From: Puniceicoccaceae bacterium
GTDB lineage: Bacteria; Verrucomicrobiota; Verrucomicrobiia; Opitutales; Coraliomargaritaceae
Direction: 5' to 3'
NCBI GenBank assembly: GCA_011522825.1
Contig: WTIG01000044.1
Coordinates: 1 to 31,571 of the forward strand
Length of the DNA stretch: 31,571 nucleotides
Below are positions 25,912 through 31,571 of the stretch, piece by piece. The stretch's first letter is position 1, and every line of letters starts with the position of its first letter. A model generated the notes under the pieces. It was not told the origin of the DNA. It did not search any database and saw only the letters and a program-made list of their open reading frames with translations. Both the position numbers and the translations under genes were made by a program.

Positions 25912-28190
25912 GTGCTGAAAAACGGATTTTATTTCTGGGTGTTGGTGGTGCTGGCATGGCCCCTTTAGCTATGTGGTGTGCGGAAAAGGGGGATTTGATT
26001 TTTGGCTATGATGATTACTTCAAGCAAAGTGCATTAGATTATTTAATAAATTCAAAGGTCGAATTATTGGATGCTGTATTGATTGAAGATATAAAATCTT
26101 ATGATCAAGTTATTTATTCAAATGCTATTGCTAAGACACATCGCCTTTTGCGAGAGGCAGAACGTCTTAAAATACCGTGTTTAAAACGAGGTGAAATGCT
26201 GGCACAGGTTGCACAATCAAAAAAGCTTATCGCCATTGTTGGCAGTCATGGCAAGACTACCACCAGTGCTTTAATCGGATACGCTATAGAGAAATTAGAG
26301 CTATCGGTTAACTTTATTGTTGGGGGATTTTATCAAGACGGCAGGCTACCGTTTTTTCACTGTGATTCAGAATGGCTAGTAGCTGAAATCGATGAAAGTG
26401 ATGGAACAATTAATCAATTTAATCCTGAAATTACAGTCTTACTCAATCTTGATTGGGATCATGCAGATTATTACAAGGACTTCGATAGTTTGAAAAAGGT
26501 GTTCGAAGGATTATTGCAGAGGACGCACTCAAAAATCCTTATTGAAGCCGAAAATTTTGAAGCATTTGACTCGAGAGAAACTTTCCGAGATCAATGTTTA
26601 TTTGTTGATCCGCAATCTGGGCTTACCGAAGGCCCCATATCTGATCCGAGGAATCTATTATTAAACGCAACATTTAATCGTCATAACCAATTTTTTGCAG
26701 AAAGTGTATTGAGGATGTTTGAAAATCAGTTGCCTGGGGCGGAGGATTTGTTTGGCGGATTTCTAGGGGTAGACCGAAGGCAGAATGTCTTACTTTCAAG
26801 TGATCGATTCAAGGTGATTGAAGACTATGCCCATCACCCTTCGGAAATAGCTATTTTAATTAAAGCGGTTAAGAATGAATTTCCTTCTTCAGAGTTAGCG
26901 GTTGTTTTTCAGCCACATAGATATTCACGCACAAAAGCTTTAAATAAAGATTTTGCCAAATCTTTTTCTGGAGCTGATAGCCTTTATCTCTTGCCTGTTT
27001 ATTCTGCCTTTGAAGCAGAATGTGAAGGCGGAATGACTAACGATTTGATCTCAGCCTCCCAGAGTACTAAGACCACTATGTTGGGTTTTGATCAAGATGG
27101 CCTGAGTGAACTTTTATCGAATTTTTCCGAGCAATCAAAAAATAAAGATAGGGTATTGTTATTTATTGGGGCAGGGTCTATCAATGAATTTGCGCATGCA
27201 TTTTGTGCATTGTATGAAAATCCTGACCGTCAAAGTGCCTGGTTTGAGTACGCAGAAAAGAAAGTGTCTTCAGGTTGTGTTTTAAAGTTATCGGAAAATT
27301 TGGCAGCAAAAACGACTTTTAAAATCGGTGGGGGATCTGAATATTATGCAGAGCCTTCAAGTATTTCAGATGTCCTTGCTTTAATGCAATCTTCTCGCTT
27401 GTTTGGAATGCCTTATTTTTGTTTAGGAAGGGGGTCGAATATTTTGGTTTCGGATTCTGGCTATAAGGGTTTGGTTATGCGTTTTAACCATAAAAATTGG
27501 CAAACAATTCGTAAAATAGATGATTCCCATATTTGGGTTGGTTGTGGCGTACGCTTGAAAGAATTATGTGGCAAGGTTGCTCAACTAGGGTTTTCGGGTT
27601 TTGAATTTCTTGAGGGCATTCCTGGAACTTTGGGAGGTGCTTTACGAATGAATGCAGGAGCCATGGGGCGGTGGACTTTTGATGTCGTGGAACGGGTGTT
27701 GATGGTGGATGGTTTTCCTAGAGTAGAAGAATTGGGGCGTGATGCATTTACTATTGAATATAGAAAAGTTCGTGAGATTGCCGAGGGCATTGCTTTAGGA
27801 GCAGTTTTAAAATTAGGTGAAGTTCAAGAGAGTGATTCAATTCGTGAACGAATGGACTCGTATTCGGATGTGCGTAAAGGAAGCCAACCTGTGGCTCCGA
27901 GTGCAGGGTGTATTTTCAAAAATCCTGATAATAATTATGCAGGGCGTCTTATAGATGAATTAGGCTTGAAGAATATGAGTGTGGGTGGTGCTGAGGTATC
28001 GGATAAGCACGGCAATTTTATTGTGAATCGAGGAGGTTCAACTTCGAAGGATGTTCAATCCTTAATTGCTTTAATCCAAAAACGGGTGAAAGAAGAGCGG
28101 GGAATCGATTTGGAGCCAGAAGTTTTATTCCTTGGAGATGAGGTTTCTAATTATGCGGGTGATGAAGGGGCATCTAATCTAGAAAAATGA
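25908..28190 (+). CDS. murC-murB: Bifunctional MurC (N-terminal) - MurB (C-terminal) fusion
   Basis: MurC motifs GVGGAGM, GSHGKTTT, DESDG, DYAHHP and FQPHRYSR. From about 27240, MurB motifs TTFKIGG, GRGSN, IPGTLGGALRMNAGA, PSAGCIFKNP, KHGNF and LEPEV. Single 760-aa frame. Confidence 0.95.
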   Translation: MSAEKRILFLGVGGAGMAPLAMWCAEKGDLIFGYDDYFKQSALDYLINSKVELLDAVLIEDIKSYDQVIYSNAIAKTHRLLREAERLKIPCLKRGEMLAQVAQSKKLIAIVGSHGKTTTSALIGYAIEKLELSVNFIVGGFYQDGRLPFFHCDSEWLVAEIDESDGTINQFNPEITVLLNLDWDHADYYKDFDSLKKVFEGLLQRTHSKILIEAENFEAFDSRETFRDQCLFVDPQSGLTEGPISDPRNLLLNATFNRHNQFFAESVLRMFENQLPGAEDLFGGFLGVDRRQNVLLSSDRFKVIEDYAHHPSEIAILIKAVKNEFPSSELAVVFQPHRYSRTKALNKDFAKSFSGADSLYLLPVYSAFEAECEGGMTNDLISASQSTKTTMLGFDQDGLSELLSNFSEQSKNKDRVLLFIGAGSINEFAHAFCALYENPDRQSAWFEYAEKKVSSGCVLKLSENLAAKTTFKIGGGSEYYAEPSSISDVLALMQSSRLFGMPYFCLGRGSNILVSDSGYKGLVMRFNHKNWQTIRKIDDSHIWVGCGVRLKELCGKVAQLGFSGFEFLEGIPGTLGGALRMNAGAMGRWTFDVVERVLMVDGFPRVEELGRDAFTIEYRKVREIAEGIALGAVLKLGEVQESDSIRERMDSYSDVRKGSQPVAPSAGCIFKNPDNNYAGRLIDELGLKNMSVGGAEVSDKHGNFIVNRGGSTSKDVQSLIALIQKRVKEERGIDLEPEVLFLGDEVSNYAGDEGASNLEK

Positions 28191-29104
28191 AATCTTTGAA
28201 AGCGATTATCGTTCTTTATGGTGGCTTTGGCGACGAGCGAGAAGTCTCGATAAAAAGCGGTGAGCAGGTTATTAATGCACTTAAATTGAATCATTCAGTT
28301 GAGGCGATATGCCTAGAAGACCGTATGATTCCAGACTGGATTCAGCCTGATTCTCATATCGTATTTCCTATGATCCATGGTGCTTTTGGAGAAGATGGAG
28401 AGTTACAAAATATTTTATTCGAAAAGGGTATTGAATTTTTGGGTAGTGACGCTGACTCGAGTGCCTTGTGTATGGATAAGTCCATTGCCAAAGAGCGAGT
28501 ACAGGCCTTGGGAGTAAAGACAGCGGAATCACTTTCTTTTGATGGAAATACCATTCCACTTGCCGATGATGTCATTAAAAAATTAGGGAGTTCCCTCGTG
28601 CTTAAACCAAGGGATTCTGGTAGTAGCTACGGTCTGAGTATAATTGAGAACCGTTCGTCCATGGGCGTTGCCTTATCCAAAATAAATTCGGGAAATTGGC
28701 TAGTGGAGCGTAGGTTAAAAGGACGAGAATTAACGATTGGGCTACTGGGTGGTAAAGCCTTGGAGGTGGTTGAAATTAAATATTCAGAAGAGTGTTATGA
28801 TTATCATACTAAATACCTTTCTGATTCAACAGAGTACCTATGCCCTGCGGAATTACCTAAGGAGATTACAAAAAGGATTAAATCTGAAGCAGAGGCTATT
28901 TATTCAAGTTGTGGATGCCGAGATTTTGCCCGTATTGATTTCATTTTAGAAGGGGAAACCCCTTACTTTTTGGAAGTGAATACAATCCCTGGAATGACTC
29001 CACAAAGTCTTTTACCTAAATCGGCTTTGGCTAAAGGTATTGATTTTAATACTCTAATTGAAACAATGCTTTCTTTCGGTATAAAGCGATACAATCAGCG
29101 ATAA
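28187..29104 (+). CDS. ddl: D-alanine--D-alanine ligase
   Basis: GG..EREVS, HGAFGEDG, MDK, KP..GSSYG, YDYHTKY, RIDF, LEVNTIPGMT; ATGA overlap with the upstream gene. Confidence 0.96.
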   Translation: MKSLKAIIVLYGGFGDEREVSIKSGEQVINALKLNHSVEAICLEDRMIPDWIQPDSHIVFPMIHGAFGEDGELQNILFEKGIEFLGSDADSSALCMDKSIAKERVQALGVKTAESLSFDGNTIPLADDVIKKLGSSLVLKPRDSGSSYGLSIIENRSSMGVALSKINSGNWLVERRLKGRELTIGLLGGKALEVVEIKYSEECYDYHTKYLSDSTEYLCPAELPKEITKRIKSEAEAIYSSCGCRDFARIDFILEGETPYFLEVNTIPGMTPQSLLPKSALAKGIDFNTLIETMLSFGIKRYNQR

Positions 29105-29115
29105 AATAGGATTTC

Positions 29116-30036
29116 ATGAAGTTCCCTAAAAAAAGTAATAAGTCTGTGAGCTATCAGGTAGATCAAAGTTGGCATAATCTTCGGGATTCCAATGTTCAAT
29201 CCAGTCGTATTATTACTTTTGCTTCGGTTTATCGTAGAATAAGGCCCTACCTAAAGTGGGCTATGGTTAGTTTGAGCTGCATGGCGGTTTTTTTCTACCT
29301 GAAAGACTTTGTTTTTGATGGTATTGCTTCTGAACAGAGTATGAATGCAAACAATAGCGGTAGCTACGTTAAAAGGGTTCTATTTGATACAAATGGAGTT
29401 CTTGATGAAGCTTGGCTGAGTGATGTGATTCAGATCAACCGAAATATGAAATTGATGGATATAAATATTTTTGAATTAAAGCATAGTTTAGAGAGTTTTG
29501 ATCAGGTTTTAGAAGCAAAAGTCATAAGGATTTTTCCCGATGCATTAAGGGTAGAGTTAAATGAAGAAGTTCCTATGTTTAAGTTGAAAATGCAAAGCAG
29601 TGAAGGGGTGAATTTTCTCCGATGTGTGGGTCGTACGGGTGTTGTTTATGATGGTATGGGTTATACCGAAGCCTATTTAGAACAATTACCATATTTAATT
29701 CCTTACCGTCACTTAAATCAAAAATACCTTCCAATAAATGGCCTAGATTATGTGGCTCCATTAATCAATTTATTGAAAGAGGAGGGATTAACGGAGCGGA
29801 TACGCTTGCAGTCAATCTCTCTGGAGAACTTTTCTGGAGATACCGATTTCCCAGGGCAAATCATTGAACTAAAAAGTGATTTAATCCCTCGCATTTTATT
29901 TGGTGCATATGATGATTATCCTGAGCAGGTTGCACGTTTGAATTATATTTTATCCTATATAAATGGGAGTGGTAATCCAGAGGTGGAGCGAGTTGATTTA
30001 TCTTTGAGAGACTCAGCTGCGGTTGAATGTAAGTAG
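29116..30036 (+). CDS. ftsQ: Cell division protein FtsQ/DivIB
   Basis: Basic N-terminus, one TM helix, POTRA-like segment (LESFDQVLEAKVIRIFPDALRVELNEEVP) and C-terminal VDL; located between ddl and ftsA. Confidence 0.85.
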   Translation: MKFPKKSNKSVSYQVDQSWHNLRDSNVQSSRIITFASVYRRIRPYLKWAMVSLSCMAVFFYLKDFVFDGIASEQSMNANNSGSYVKRVLFDTNGVLDEAWLSDVIQINRNMKLMDINIFELKHSLESFDQVLEAKVIRIFPDALRVELNEEVPMFKLKMQSSEGVNFLRCVGRTGVVYDGMGYTEAYLEQLPYLIPYRHLNQKYLPINGLDYVAPLINLLKEEGLTERIRLQSISLENFSGDTDFPGQIIELKSDLIPRILFGAYDDYPEQVARLNYILSYINGSGNPEVERVDLSLRDSAAVECK

Positions 30037-30097
30037 GGCGAGAATAATTTATTCTAATCTTTATTTTTCTAAAAAAAAAGATCATCTTTATCAAATA

Positions 30098-31324
30098 ATG
30101 GGACATTCTAAAATTGTCGGAGCAATTGAAATAGGCACATCAAAAATTGCCATAATTATTGGAGAGATTTCTAGTGGTACTTCTTTAAATATCATCGGAA
30201 ATTATTCTGTGCAATCGAGTGGAGTCAAAAAGGGTGTTATCGAGGATTTGCAAGCGACTGGACAAATTGTTCATAATGCAATTGTACAGGCAGAAAATGA
30301 GGCAGGTACAGAAATTGAAGAGATTTATTTAGCCCACACTGGGCAACACTTAGCCGGGGTCTTCAACCTTGGAACAACAAATGTGGGTGCTCCAAATGGG
30401 GTTATTACGAAGGCGGATGTCGAAAAAGCAAAAGAGGATGCTCGTCGTCCTCAGCTTCCTGAAGGACGTAGCTTTATTCATTACATTCAAAACCCTTTCT
30501 CAGTCGATGGGGTGAAAGTCGAAAATCCAATACATATGCAAGGCAAGCGACTACAGGTGGGGTTTTGGGCGATTCATGCTGATAATAAAATCTTACAAGA
30601 CAGTCTTAGAGTCATCATGGGTATACCTTTAGTCGTGGAGGATGTTATCGTTTCATCCATTGCTAGTGGCAATGCTTTGCTCCAAGATAGTGAGAAAAAA
30701 GCAGGGGCATTGGTGATTGATATTGGTGGTGGGACGACAGATTTCGCTTTATACAAGGATGGGTATGTTGTTTACACAGGAGTGATTCCAGTGGGCGGCG
30801 ATCATATTTCAAATGATTTAAGTCTGGGTTTGAGAACAAGTGTTCAATTAGCTGATAGTTTAAAACTTCGAGAGGGCTTAGCGACCCATGCAAAGCAAAA
30901 TTCAGATGCTAGTACTTGGTTAGTAGGAAATCAGAGTATTGGTGATAGGAAAATACCGCTAATTTCCGTGAATAAAATAGTAGAATCGAGAATTAAAGAA
31001 TTGTTTGAGTTAATCCGTGAAGAGCTTGAAGACGCAAAATTATATAACCCAAGTGAAATTGGAACAGGGGCAGTTTTAACAGGTGGTACTTCAAGAATAG
31101 AGGGTATTGAATTCATTGCAGAAAAAGTATTTGATTTAAAATGCATTAAGGGGGAAAGCTCGTGGAATATAGCCAAGGATCTTAATGTTCCAGAATACAG
31201 TACGACTTTAGGCTTATTACTTTTTGCCTTGGGTGTTTTTGAAGAGAAGCAAAGTAAAAATACAAATAACCTTCTTGGAAATCTATTCAGCAAATTTTTT
31301 CCAAAACAATTTAAGTTACCATAA
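30098..31324 (+). CDS. ftsA: Cell division protein FtsA
   Basis: EIGTSK, GVKKGVI, DIGGGTTD, IPVGGDHISND, VLTGGTS, PEYST and an amphipathic C-terminal tail (LLGNLFSKFF). ATG at 30098. Confidence 0.94.
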   Translation: MGHSKIVGAIEIGTSKIAIIIGEISSGTSLNIIGNYSVQSSGVKKGVIEDLQATGQIVHNAIVQAENEAGTEIEEIYLAHTGQHLAGVFNLGTTNVGAPNGVITKADVEKAKEDARRPQLPEGRSFIHYIQNPFSVDGVKVENPIHMQGKRLQVGFWAIHADNKILQDSLRVIMGIPLVVEDVIVSSIASGNALLQDSEKKAGALVIDIGGGTTDFALYKDGYVVYTGVIPVGGDHISNDLSLGLRTSVQLADSLKLREGLATHAKQNSDASTWLVGNQSIGDRKIPLISVNKIVESRIKELFELIREELEDAKLYNPSEIGTGAVLTGGTSRIEGIEFIAEKVFDLKCIKGESSWNIAKDLNVPEYSTTLGLLLFALGVFEEKQSKNTNNLLGNLFSKFFPKQFKLP

Positions 31325-31336
31325 TGTGAATGAGTG

Positions 31337-31571
31337 ATGAATACTGAAGGGATTAAAGTAAAATTATTGGGCTTAGGCGGAGCCGGTGTCCATATTGTTA
31401 ATGCTTTTGATCAGAAATCGAGTGGTTTGGTTGAATGCCATGTATTGGATACGGACGCAAAAGCCTTAGCAACCATGCAGTCAGTCGACTCACATCTTAT
31501 TGGAAAGGAAGTGTGTCGTGGGCTTGGTAGCGGTGGTGATGTTGAACTTGCTGAAAAGGCTATTCAATCAC
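31337..31571 (+). CDS. ftsZ: Cell division protein FtsZ, 3'-truncated (not in the ORF track)
   Basis: Manual translation: MNTEGIKVKLLGLGGAGVHIVNAFDQKSSGLVECHVLDTDAKALATMQSVDSHLIGKEVCRGLGSGGDVELAEKAIQS. It matches the FtsZ N-terminus (IKVIGVGG, NTD.QAL, TRGLGAGGDP) and follows ftsA. Confidence 0.9.
   Translation, partial: MNTEGIKVKLLGLGGAGVHIVNAFDQKSSGLVECHVLDTDAKALATMQSVDSHLIGKEVCRGLGSGGDVELAEKAIQS

Noticed and set aside
28175-28190. Possible triple MurC-MurB-Ddl fusion by read-through
   Set aside because: The ATGA overlap is the ordinary translational-coupling arrangement, also seen at rsmH/ftsL, ftsW/murG and murG/murC.
30071-30079. A9 homopolymer between ftsQ and ftsA as a phase-variation tract
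   Set aside because: It is intergenic once the 30098 start is used, lies in AT-rich DNA, and precedes an essential gene.
1291-30097. Longer N-termini in the ORF track for the VOC gene, lexA, mraZ, mraY, murG and ftsA
   Set aside because: They overlap neighbouring genes or operators; family-typical N-termini begin at the downstream ATGs used here.
437-30893. Many 60-120 aa ORFs nested in or antisense to recognised genes (e.g. 437-802, 1760-2005, 7355-7663, 10162-10518, 12714-12956, 21550-21879)
   Set aside because: They are shadows of well-supported CDSs, with no recognisable motifs or independent start signals.

Overview
Housekeeping chromosomal window of about 40% GC. Gene content and order suggest a Verrucomicrobiota (probably Opitutales-like) bacterium; this is inferred from the murC-murB fusion, the LysM gene between murD and ftsW, a Chlamydia/PVC-style IspF and a Verrucomicrobia-type LexA box. 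The left part (1-13.2 kb) holds a 5'-truncated ndk, ispF, a lexA-glyoxalase pair, and two convergent peptide/nickel-family ABC loci: SBP + fused OppB-OppC permease + one short ATPase on +, and oppA-oppB-oppC with no ATPase on -. These are followed by an unknown 257-aa gene and rlmH behind a repeat-rich intergenic region, then tRNA-Ser(GCT) and metF. The right part (13.4-31.6 kb) is a division and cell wall (dcw) cluster: mraZ, rsmH, ftsL-like, ftsI, murE, murF, mraY, murD, LysM protein, ftsW, murG, murC-murB fusion, ddl, ftsQ, ftsA and the start of ftsZ. I found no mobile element, CRISPR array or defence system, and I cannot claim a clearly new system. The best leads are a possible small SOS regulon (lexA-glyoxalase, and unknown ORF-rlmH behind a LexA-like box and a 13-bp tandem repeat), the single-chain OppBC permease with one ATPase for two transporters, and two unannotated small ORFs or structured gaps inside the dcw operon. 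All assignments come from motif recognition by eye; no searches were run.
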